A stretch of 64,000 nt of DNA from an uncultured Chloroflexia bacterium (GTDB taxonomy: Bacteria > Chloroflexota > Dehalococcoidia > Dehalococcoidales > RBG-16-60-22). Made by a program: the position numbers and the translations under genes. The notes under the pieces are model-generated. The model made no database searches and was not told where the DNA came from. It saw only the letters and a program-made list of their open reading frames with translations. Shown one piece after another: positions 55,329 through 63,333 of this stretch (the first letter of the stretch is position 1; every line of letters starts with the position of its first letter). The stretch lies in NCBI GenBank assembly GCA_963739515.1, contig CAVUAO010000003.1, forward strand, positions 912,387 to 976,386, written 5' to 3'.

Positions 55329-56218
55329 GACAATATACTTATTTCCCCGGCTGTGCCATGGCGAGCACCGGAAAGCCCATTCAGGCGTCCGTAGATGCGG
55401 TTTGTCGGGTCCTGGATATTGAACTCAAAGAACTGGAGGACTGGACATGTTGCGGTTGCCCCGGCGAATCCATAAATGAGCTATCGGCGACCGCCGTTGC
55501 TACCCGCAACCTGGCTCTCGCTGAAAAATTTAAACTAGACATGGTGGTCCCCTGCAGTTGCTGTTACCGCAACCTGCTGGCCGCGCACGTAACGTACACC
55601 CAGGACCCGAGAATTAGAGACCAGGTGAAAAAAGCTCTGGCGGTAACAAATCTGGAATATAAAGGAACGCTGCGCATTAGAAACCTGGTAGACGTTTTTA
55701 TCAATGACATCGGCCTTGATGTCATTGCGTCAAAGGTGCAGAAGAAACTAACCGGTATGAAAGTTGCCAATTACTATGGCTGCCACCAGTCACGGCCCTA
55801 CGGCCCGGACGATTTCGAGTTCCCCGTATGGCAGGACCAGATAACGGAAGCCCTCGGAGCCGAGGCGGTCTTCTTCCCGCTAAAGGCGCAGTGCTGCGGC
55901 GGCACACAGCTGTTCAGTAACATTAATATGATTCATAAATTAGTGTATAACATACTTGATAGCGTTGAGCTTCACGGCGGACAGTGTATTTCCAGCACGC
56001 TTTGTCCGCTGTGTTTTACCAACCTGGATGCCAATCAGGGCCACATTAAAAATCGTGATGGGAAGAAATTTAACATGCCTATCATGGCGCTGACGCAAAT
56101 GATGGGAATCGCTTTTGGACTGAAACCAAAAGAAGTCGGGCTCGATAAGAATATCTCCCCGGCTCTCAAGGTGCTTGGACCGTATTTGAAGGTAACGGCG
56201 CAGGAGGTATTGAAATGA
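55325..56218 (+). CDS. hdrB: heterodisulfide reductase subunit B-like (two CCG domains)
   Basis: YTYFPGCAM...WTCCGCPG and YYGCHQ...AQCCGG. It overlaps its neighbours by 4 nt. Confidence 0.85.
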   Translation: MRQYTYFPGCAMASTGKPIQASVDAVCRVLDIELKELEDWTCCGCPGESINELSATAVATRNLALAEKFKLDMVVPCSCCYRNLLAAHVTYTQDPRIRDQVKKALAVTNLEYKGTLRIRNLVDVFINDIGLDVIASKVQKKLTGMKVANYYGCHQSRPYGPDDFEFPVWQDQITEALGAEAVFFPLKAQCCGGTQLFSNINMIHKLVYNILDSVELHGGQCISSTLCPLCFTNLDANQGHIKNRDGKKFNMPIMALTQMMGIAFGLKPKEVGLDKNISPALKVLGPYLKVTAQEVLK

Positions 56219-56646
56219 GTTGGGAACCTAAGATCGTGGGTTTTTTATGTAACTGGTGCTCCTATCGCGGCGCCGACCTGGCGGGTACATCAAGAATTCA
56301 TTTCGCTCCTAATGTAAAGGTAATCAGAGTCCCCTGCAGCACCAGGGTAGAACCGACGTTTGTGATCAAAGCCTTTCAGTCCGGCGCCGATGGCGTGCTT
56401 ATTCTGGGCTGTCACCCGGGAGACTGCCACTATATTGAAGGCAACTATAAGACCATGCGGCGTATGCCACTATTGAAGAAAATGCTGGCACAGTTCGGCG
56501 TCGAAGATCAAAGAGTCCGCCTGGACTGGGTATCGGCTTCCGAGGGAGAAAAATACGCTTCCATTATCAACGAGATGACGGAGGCAGTCCGGGCGCTGGG
56601 CCCGTTCCAGCCGAATAACGGGGAGGGACAGCATGGCGAAAATTAA
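56215..56646 (+). CDS. mvhD: methyl-viologen-reducing hydrogenase delta subunit
   Basis: PKIVGFLCNWCSYRGADLAG...VIRVPCSTRV...LILGCHPGDCHY. Confidence 0.9.
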   Translation: MSWEPKIVGFLCNWCSYRGADLAGTSRIHFAPNVKVIRVPCSTRVEPTFVIKAFQSGADGVLILGCHPGDCHYIEGNYKTMRRMPLLKKMLAQFGVEDQRVRLDWVSASEGEKYASIINEMTEAVRALGPFQPNNGEGQHGEN

Positions 56647-57592
56647 ACTGGCATTATACTGGGCGTCAAGTTGCGGCGGCTGTGAAATCGCTCAACTCCA
56701 GATCGGGGAGAAGCTTTTAAAATTAATCGAGGTGGCCGATATTGTTTTCTGGCCGGTCGCTATCGATGTGAAATACAAAGATGTAGAGGCCATGCCGGAG
56801 GGCAGCATCGATGTCTGCCTGTTTAACGGCGCCATCCGGACATCGGAACAGGAACACATGGCGAAGATGCTGCGCGGCAAGTCTAAAATATTAATTTCTT
56901 ACGGCGCATGCGCCAACCTGGGAGGAATTCCAGGGTTGGCAAACCTGTATAATCGAGATATGATTTTCAATCGTGCCTACCTGGAAACCCAATCCACGGA
57001 TAACGAAAATAAGATATTGCCGCAGACCAGCTATCAGGTCCCCGAAGGAACGCTATCCCTCCCTGAATTTTTTGATACCGTGCGCAGCCTGCCTCAAACA
57101 GTAGACGTGGATTTCTTTATCCCCGGTTGCCCCCCGGAAGAAAAGACCACCTGGCTGGCTCTGGAGGCGCTGATTGAAAACAAACTGCCGCCAAAAGGCA
57201 CGGTGATTTCTCACAATGTCAAGGCTGTTTGTGATGACTGCCCCCGTATCAAGAAAGAAAAAAAGATAAAAAAATTCTATCGTCCTTTCCAAATTATCCC
57301 GGAGCGGGAGCCCTGTTTGCTGGAACAGGGAATCCTGTGCGCCGGGGTAGCTACGGCGGGTGGCTGCGGCGCTCCGTGTCCTCAAGCCAACATGCCCTGC
57401 ACCGGGTGCTACGGGCCGGTAAAGGGGGTTACCGACCAGGGGGTTCATTTCCTGAGTGCCGTTGCCTCCATTGTCGATTCTACCGACCCTGAAGAAATTG
57501 CCAGGATAATGGACGATATTGCTGACCCGGCCGGCACATTTTATAGATACTCTATGCCGGAATCGTTATTAAGGAGATCAAGAATAAAATGA
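56633..57592 (+). CDS. mvhG: [NiFe] hydrogenase small subunit, group 3c (F420-non-reducing)
   Basis: KLALYWASSCGGCEIA plus distal ferredoxin-like Cys clusters. Confidence 0.85.
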   Translation: MAKIKLALYWASSCGGCEIAQLQIGEKLLKLIEVADIVFWPVAIDVKYKDVEAMPEGSIDVCLFNGAIRTSEQEHMAKMLRGKSKILISYGACANLGGIPGLANLYNRDMIFNRAYLETQSTDNENKILPQTSYQVPEGTLSLPEFFDTVRSLPQTVDVDFFIPGCPPEEKTTWLALEALIENKLPPKGTVISHNVKAVCDDCPRIKKEKKIKKFYRPFQIIPEREPCLLEQGILCAGVATAGGCGAPCPQANMPCTGCYGPVKGVTDQGVHFLSAVASIVDSTDPEEIARIMDDIADPAGTFYRYSMPESLLRRSRIK

Positions 57593-59052
57593 AAAGAATA
57601 ACGATAGACCCGATAACCCGACTCGAGGGTCATGGGAAAATTGAGATATTCCTCAATGATAAAGGTGAGGTAGCCAACTCCTACTTTCAGGTACCGGAGT
57701 TGAGGGGATTTGAGAAGTTCACCGAAGGGCGGATGGCCGATGACATGCCTCAAATCACCCAGAGGATATGCGGTGTCTGCCCGGAGGCGCATCACCTCGC
57801 TTCCACCAAGGCACTGGATGCCCTGTATCATGTCGACCCGCCGGAACCGGCGAAAAAGCTCCGCGAGCTTCTCTACAGCGCTTTTTATGTCACCGACCAC
57901 ACCACTCATTTTTACATCCTGGGTGGCCCGGACTTCATCATGGGGCCCGATGCACCGGTGGCAGAACGTAATATTATCGGCGTCATCGGCAAGGTCGGCC
58001 TGGAACTGGGTGGAGCCGTCATCAGGACCCGCATGCGTAATCACCACATTATCCAGATGATTGGCGGCCGGGGCGTGCACCCCGTCTTCGGCCTGCCCGG
58101 CGGTGTCAGCCGGGGAATAAATGAAGAGGAAAGAAAAGAAATCGAGGAAATCGCTAAAGAGTCCGTAGAATTTGCCAAGTTATCTCTGAAGGTCTTCGAT
58201 GATATCGTTTTGAAAAACAAGGCTTATGTGGATATGATTCTGAGCGACGATTATACCCATAAGACCTACTATATGGGACTGGTTGATGCCAATAATAAGG
58301 TCAACTTTTATGACGGTAAGGTTAGAGTAGTAGACCCCACCGGTAAAGAATTCGTCAAATATTCTCCCGGGGAGTATCTTGACCACATTGCCGAGCATGT
58401 CGAGCCGTGGTCATATATCAAATTCCCCTTCCTCAAGAAAATCGGTTGGAAAGGTTTCGTAGATGGCAAAGACAGCGGTGTCTTTCGTGTGGCTCCTCTG
58501 GCCCGGCTTAACGCCGCCGATGGCATGGCGACGCCGCTGGCGCAGGAATATTATGAGAAGTATTTCTCCACACTAGGAGGCAAACCGGTCCATCACACCC
58601 TGGCCATGCACTGGGCACGCCTTATTGAACTTGTTTACGCGGCCGAACGTTTACTCGAGCTGAGCCGTGACTCTGATATCACCAGTCCCAATATCCGCAC
58701 TATTCCTACCAGGACACCCGATGAGGGTGTGGGCATTATTGAGGCCCCTCGCGGTACCCTGACACATCACTACATCACCGACGAAAGGGGCGTGATCAAA
58801 AAGACTAACTTGATCGTGGCTACTCTCAATAACTCAGCCGCCGTTAATATGTCGGTAGATAAAGCCGCCCGGTCTCTCATAAAGCCCGGCAAGGAGATTA
58901 CGGAAGGTCTCCTCAATCGAATCGAGATGGCGTGGCGCCCCTATGACCTTTGTCTGGCTTGTGCCACCCACGATTTAAATAGTCGTTCACCGGTAACAAT
59001 ATGTATCTATGACAGCCAGAAAAATTTGGTTAAAAAGCTGGGCGGAGATTAA
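57589..59052 (+). CDS. mvhA: [NiFe] hydrogenase large subunit, group 3c
   Basis: RLEGHG and RICGVCPEAH N-terminal motifs. The C-terminal motif is DLCLACATH followed by a cleavable extension. Confidence 0.9.
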   Translation: MKRITIDPITRLEGHGKIEIFLNDKGEVANSYFQVPELRGFEKFTEGRMADDMPQITQRICGVCPEAHHLASTKALDALYHVDPPEPAKKLRELLYSAFYVTDHTTHFYILGGPDFIMGPDAPVAERNIIGVIGKVGLELGGAVIRTRMRNHHIIQMIGGRGVHPVFGLPGGVSRGINEEERKEIEEIAKESVEFAKLSLKVFDDIVLKNKAYVDMILSDDYTHKTYYMGLVDANNKVNFYDGKVRVVDPTGKEFVKYSPGEYLDHIAEHVEPWSYIKFPFLKKIGWKGFVDGKDSGVFRVAPLARLNAADGMATPLAQEYYEKYFSTLGGKPVHHTLAMHWARLIELVYAAERLLELSRDSDITSPNIRTIPTRTPDEGVGIIEAPRGTLTHHYITDERGVIKKTNLIVATLNNSAAVNMSVDKAARSLIKPGKEITEGLLNRIEMAWRPYDLCLACATHDLNSRSPVTICIYDSQKNLVKKLGGD

Positions 59053-59118
59053 AAAATTACGACGAGTTTATCAGCAATTGTTGATAGTCTATAATTAAAA
59101 ATCAACCGGGTTAGAGGT

Positions 59119-60327
59119 TTGGTTTGTGTGGTTGCGAATATACTTCGTCGTTGCCTGAAAATAGTTACGAGCCGGCATTTCTGGGTAGTCGTTACACTAT
59201 TTGCCGTGGGTATTATTCTTCACTACCCGCAGCAAATACTCGCAATAAGCTCACCATCTCTCTTTTCTTTTCTTGGTCTTAGCCGCCACGCCGTAGAGCG
59301 TATTTTCCTGCTATTGCCAATCGGCTATGCCAGCTACTATTTGGGTACCAGGGCGGGACTGGTTAGTGTGGCGGTAGCCGCCGCCGTGATGCTGCCCCGT
59401 GTCTTCCTGATATCCGAATATTTACCTGATGCTTTATTTGAGACTATCGAAGTCATTGTTATCGGCTTTCTGATAAATCTGTGTTTCGTCTACTATAGAA
59501 AAGAAGGAAAACAAAAGCAACAGATGCTCTCGAATCTTGAGGAATCTAACAGGCAGCTGGAGTCGCACTCCAGGGCACTGGAAATAAGCCACCAGCAGCT
59601 TAAAGAAAGCCAGGAGCAGGTAATTCAGGCGGAAAAGCTGACATCCCTGGGGCAACTGGCGGCATCTATCGCCCATGAGGTCAATAACCCTCTTTCAGGT
59701 ACACTCGTTTATACCCAATTGCTGGCCAGGAAAGTTAAAAGAGGCGAAATCGATGACGAGGTCACTCTCGATTATTTATCCAAAATGGAATCTGAACTCA
59801 TCCGTAGTACCAAGCTAATCCAGAATCTTCTTAATTTTGCGCGTCAGTCTCCACCGGAATTCCAGCAGGTTAACCTCAACTCTGTTGTCAACCATGCTTT
59901 CGAACTGGTATCGCATTCAGCAAATAAGCAGAAAATACGGATATCCAATGAACTTGACCCTTCCTTGCCCGATTTGATGGCTGATGCCAATCAGCTTCAG
60001 CAGGTCTGCATCAATCTAATGCTCAATGCAATTCAGGCTATGCCTCAGGGAGGTAGATTGACGCTCCGTACCTATGTTCAAGACAAACAAGTTAAATTAG
60101 AGGTTCAGGATACCGGCATAGGAATTCCTCCGGAAAATATGAGCAAGCTTTTCACTCCCTTCTTTACTACCAAGCCGGAGGTAAAGGGCGTGGGGCTGGG
60201 CCTGGCGGTAGCCTATGGGATTGTACAACGCCATAAGGGTAAGATAGAAGTACAAAGTAAAATAGGAGAAGGTACTACCTTCACTTTCAGCCTGCCGTTG
60301 CTTCCTGACTCTGTCGGGATTCAGTAG
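59119..60327 (+). CDS. membrane sensor histidine kinase
   Basis: About 4 TM helices, then H-box SIAHEVNNPL, N box LMLNAIQA, G1 DTGIGI, G2 GVGLGLAV. The start codon is uncertain (TTG in the track). Confidence 0.85.
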   Translation: MVCVVANILRRCLKIVTSRHFWVVVTLFAVGIILHYPQQILAISSPSLFSFLGLSRHAVERIFLLLPIGYASYYLGTRAGLVSVAVAAAVMLPRVFLISEYLPDALFETIEVIVIGFLINLCFVYYRKEGKQKQQMLSNLEESNRQLESHSRALEISHQQLKESQEQVIQAEKLTSLGQLAASIAHEVNNPLSGTLVYTQLLARKVKRGEIDDEVTLDYLSKMESELIRSTKLIQNLLNFARQSPPEFQQVNLNSVVNHAFELVSHSANKQKIRISNELDPSLPDLMADANQLQQVCINLMLNAIQAMPQGGRLTLRTYVQDKQVKLEVQDTGIGIPPENMSKLFTPFFTTKPEVKGVGLGLAVAYGIVQRHKGKIEVQSKIGEGTTFTFSLPLLPDSVGIQ

Positions 60328-60348
60328 AATGTTAGCGCCGGAAAGCGT

Positions 60349-60378
60349 TTGACAATAACCAACATCGCATTGTATACT
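60349..60378 (+). promoter_or_regulatory. sigma70-type promoter of the MFS leader
   Basis: TTGACA (60349-60354), 18-nt spacer, TATACT (60373-60378). Confidence 0.6.
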
Positions 60379-60384
60379 TCACTA

Positions 60385-60544
60385 TTGTTTTCGAGACAAG
60401 AGGAGAACAGTGAAGATAACGAGCCAGAAAAGAATAATTCGCTTCGCGGGAGTAAATGGCACTCCCTATTGGGCTCGGTATATCTTTGTTTCGGAGAGAA
60501 CTACCGAATGATATAGACCATACCATATCAGGAACCGGATAGCC
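60385..60544 (+). promoter_or_regulatory. structured 5' leader (candidate riboswitch or attenuator)
   Basis: Long-range helix GGGCTCGG (60471-60478) / CCGAGCCC (60543-60550) encloses the nested helices TATATC/GATATA and TTCGG/CCGAA. Its 3' strand overlaps the terminator 5' strand. A possible 33-codon GTG ORF spans 60410-60511. Confidence 0.45.
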
Positions 60545-60579
60545 GAGCCCAGGAACAAAATCCTGGGCTCTTGTTTTTT
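60545..60579 (+). terminator. rho-independent terminator inside the leader
   Basis: GAGCCCAGGA-ACAAAA-TCCTGGGCTC followed by TTGTTTTTT. It ends 53 nt upstream of the MFS start. Confidence 0.7.
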
Positions 60580-60631
60580 ACGGCCTGATAAAACCAGGTC
60601 TGTTTATTAAATGACCGAGTGAGATAACTAA

Positions 60632-61858
60632 ATGCAATTAAATAAATCAGGGAATAAAACCGGACTTCATGGCCACCAGCCTGGAATGTGGGCTGTCATG
60701 GGTATCCAGGCTATCAGGTCCACGGGTTTTTCTATTTCCTTTACCTATTTACCGCTATATATGTACCAGCAGCGTCATATCTCGATGACTCTAGTAGGAT
60801 CGATTATTTTCATCTCCGGCATTGTATCCGGGTTCGCCCAGATTACAGGAGGCATGCTGGCCGACCGGTTCGGCCACCGCAAGATGTTCATCATATTTCA
60901 GCTGGCAGAAACTTTACTGTTTGCCTTGCTGGCTGTCCTAATCGGTACCAATGGCGCAGTATGGAGCATCTTCTTAACGTCGTTCATGGTTACGGTAATA
61001 GGCGGCATGTCCGCTCCGGCTATTTCGGCTATTGTCACCGATGTCTCACAAAAAAACCTTCTCGCCCAGTCTTATGGTCTTATGGCAATTGGAGGAAACC
61101 TGGGGTGGGCTATCGGCCCCTTAGCCGGAGGATATCTTCAGGGTTTTACTTCCTATGCCTGGGTCTTCGGGATTGGCGCATTGATTACCTCTCTTTCTTT
61201 GATTGGCACACCTTACCTGCCCCGGGACATAATAAGAAAGCCCGAAGAGCTTTTACCCAAGAAGAACCCGAAAAGATTTTTGTTTGACTCAACCCTGCTC
61301 ATTTTCTGTGGAATATGTACACTTTTCTACCTGGAAATAGCCCAATGGGGCAGTACTCTTTCCGTGTTCACCGTGGACCGGCTCGGGTTTTCACCGGAAC
61401 AATACGGCTTGTTGATGACATTAAGCGGGGTGTTGATCATTATCTTCCAGTACCCGGTGTCGCAGCGGATTGAATGGTTGGGTTCCCGCCGGGCCCTGTT
61501 TTTGGGGAGTTTTTTGTACGGCGCGGGCTTTTTATCGCTCGGCTGGGTTAATTCTATTATCCCGGCCGCCGGCTCGATAGTTATCCTGGTCATGGGGGAG
61601 ATGCTGTTTGTCCCTACGTCATACGCCGTCATCGGTAAGATTTCTCGACCCGATAATAGAGCTAAAAATATGGGGCTGCTCGGTTTATGCGCAACGATTG
61701 GCAGTTCCTTCGGGCCCTTGCTGGGCGGATTTTTATTGGACAAGTTCCCCGCCAGTCCTCCCCTGTTGTGGGGACCTATCGCTCTGCCGGCTTTTCTTGC
61801 CGCTATGAGCTTTATGCTGTGGCGGGGATACTCAAAAACCGAGGTAACCGGCGAGTAA
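60632..61858 (+). CDS. MFS transporter
   Basis: 408 aa with about 12 TM helices and a GGMLADRFGHRK loop 2-3 motif. Confidence 0.85.
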   Translation: MQLNKSGNKTGLHGHQPGMWAVMGIQAIRSTGFSISFTYLPLYMYQQRHISMTLVGSIIFISGIVSGFAQITGGMLADRFGHRKMFIIFQLAETLLFALLAVLIGTNGAVWSIFLTSFMVTVIGGMSAPAISAIVTDVSQKNLLAQSYGLMAIGGNLGWAIGPLAGGYLQGFTSYAWVFGIGALITSLSLIGTPYLPRDIIRKPEELLPKKNPKRFLFDSTLLIFCGICTLFYLEIAQWGSTLSVFTVDRLGFSPEQYGLLMTLSGVLIIIFQYPVSQRIEWLGSRRALFLGSFLYGAGFLSLGWVNSIIPAAGSIVILVMGEMLFVPTSYAVIGKISRPDNRAKNMGLLGLCATIGSSFGPLLGGFLLDKFPASPPLLWGPIALPAFLAAMSFMLWRGYSKTEVTGE

Positions 61859-61908
61859 AATTACTGATGAATGGAAGGGATATAGGAGATGAGCATGGAA
61901 ACACTTAA

Positions 61909-62082
61909 GCTTACTTACCGGAGTACTGGGGCTACTACTGGCGAGTGGTTAGCCGGCATAAAATTCCGGGCATCTTTAAATGGGATGAAGACCTGGTAAA
62001 TCTCATCGAGAAACGGTGTCAACTGCCGGAAGGAGCTTCTATTCTCGACCCTGGATGCGGCAGAAGTAACGGGTACTTATGA
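61909..62082 (+). pseudogene. remnant of a class I SAM-dependent methyltransferase N-terminus
   Basis: Own translation: ...WDEDLVNLIEKRCQLPEGASILDPGCGRSNGYL-stop. It contains a degenerate motif I (ILDxGCG) then terminates. No start codon or RBS is evident. Confidence 0.35.
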
Positions 62083-62286
62083 GTTTTCCCAATCTCATCA
62101 TACCTTCCTCAACAGATAGCTATCATTCCCTGCTATGCCTTATTTTCTTTCAATAGATGAAAAAAATTATTTGGCTTAATAATAATAGACACGCAGGACA
62201 AACGAAAGGATGGCTAAATTCCGGAAACAGGTGCTATAATAGTTCGAAATATCTCGCCGGTATCAGAATTGGAGGTGCTTGCGTCA

Positions 62287-63306
62287 ATGGGTAAATACGA
62301 TAAGTATATCTGCACGACGCTCCAGAAAAGGCACATGCTCCCCGGTCCCACCCCGGAACAGCGGGACAGGCTCGCCGCCGAGGGCAAACGCGTCAGCATG
62401 GAACACGTCCTCTGGATTGACGCGGACGTTATCCCCGGCGCTTATTACGGCGAGTCCACCTGGATATGGCCCGGCGATTATCCCCACCAGGTATCCTGGC
62501 AGGAGCTGGTAAAGCAGGGGATGCCGGCCCCTGGCATGTACCCTCACGTCCACGATTTCCCCGAACTCCTTTCCTGGTGGGGCACCGACCCCGACCATCC
62601 CGAGGACACCAACTCGATGGCGATGCTCATGGGCGATGAAGTCATCCCCTTGGAAAGGAGCTGGCTGGCTTATATCCCCGCCAACTTGCCGCATATGCCC
62701 ACCCGCGCCGCCGGCACTAAAGTAACCAGGAAGCCCGTCTGCCACTGGGTTTCCGGCCCGGGCGGCGTTTATACCCGGGAACACAGTGAAAAAGAAGCAA
62801 AGCCGGAGGAGAAGAAAAAGGCCCCCCCGAAAGCCACAACGAAGGAAACCGGCGAATTGAAATACGCCCGGTACATGGTCTACGGCACCAGGCCGGGCCA
62901 GCCAAGGCGGGATTTCATGCTGCCCTGCGACCCCCAATACGTGCGTCCCATGGCCTGCATCGACCAGACGGTTATCCCCGATGCCGAGTTCGGCTGTGAG
63001 ACCCTATGGCTGTTGCCCGGCGAAAAATCCAAAGCGGGCTGCCCGATGATGAAAGCCCATAAAGAACCACACGGCACTTCCATCGTTTTCGCCGCCATGA
63101 ACTATCCCGATATTACCGACCTTTGCGCGGAGGTCGAGCTGTATATCGGCGGCGAGAAGCACCTTATCCATAAGGGCTTCGGGGCTTATATCCCGCCCGG
63201 CGTGGAGCAGGGGCCGATGACAATCCGCAACGTCACCAGGCAGATATTCTACATGATGTCCTACCCGATGGGCGCCGGTATCGAAAGATACCGCGGGGGG
63301 AGATGA
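62287..63306 (+). CDS. tandem (two-domain) cupin-like protein, same family as 9982-10485 and 17275-17733
   Basis: Domain 1: YPHVHDFPELLSWWGTDPDHPED...AYIPANLPHMP. Domain 2: KEPHGTSIVFAAMNYPDITDLCAEVELYIGG...AYIPPGVEQGP. Start set at ATG 62287 after GGAGG. Confidence 0.7.
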   Translation: MGKYDKYICTTLQKRHMLPGPTPEQRDRLAAEGKRVSMEHVLWIDADVIPGAYYGESTWIWPGDYPHQVSWQELVKQGMPAPGMYPHVHDFPELLSWWGTDPDHPEDTNSMAMLMGDEVIPLERSWLAYIPANLPHMPTRAAGTKVTRKPVCHWVSGPGGVYTREHSEKEAKPEEKKKAPPKATTKETGELKYARYMVYGTRPGQPRRDFMLPCDPQYVRPMACIDQTVIPDAEFGCETLWLLPGEKSKAGCPMMKAHKEPHGTSIVFAAMNYPDITDLCAEVELYIGGEKHLIHKGFGAYIPPGVEQGPMTIRNVTRQIFYMMSYPMGAGIERYRGGR

Positions 63307-63333
63307 AGACCGGGGGGGAGCTAATTTATAGAC

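Noticed and set aside
58945-58974. The possibility that the [NiFe] hydrogenase large subunit is a [NiFeSe] enzyme, or that HdrA or MvhD contain selenocysteine.
   Set aside because: The C-terminal motif reads DLCLACATH with TGT codons at both Cys positions. HdrA, MvhD and MvhG are uninterrupted ORFs with no in-frame TGA.
60471-60550. The MFS leader as a purine (adenine) riboswitch, by analogy with pbuE.
   Set aside because: Only a superficial CUACCGAA resemblance to the J2/3-P3 region was found. The helix lengths and junctions do not fit the compact three-way-junction consensus as I remember it. It is kept only as an unclassified structured leader.
45176-62200. A second tRNA-associated island downstream of tRNA-Val. 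The region looks more AT-rich by eye and contains gene fragments at 45654 and 61909.
   Set aside because: I could find no integrase and no repeat of the tRNA-Val 3' end. The segment carries core metabolism (glpX, glgC), and the composition impression was not computed.
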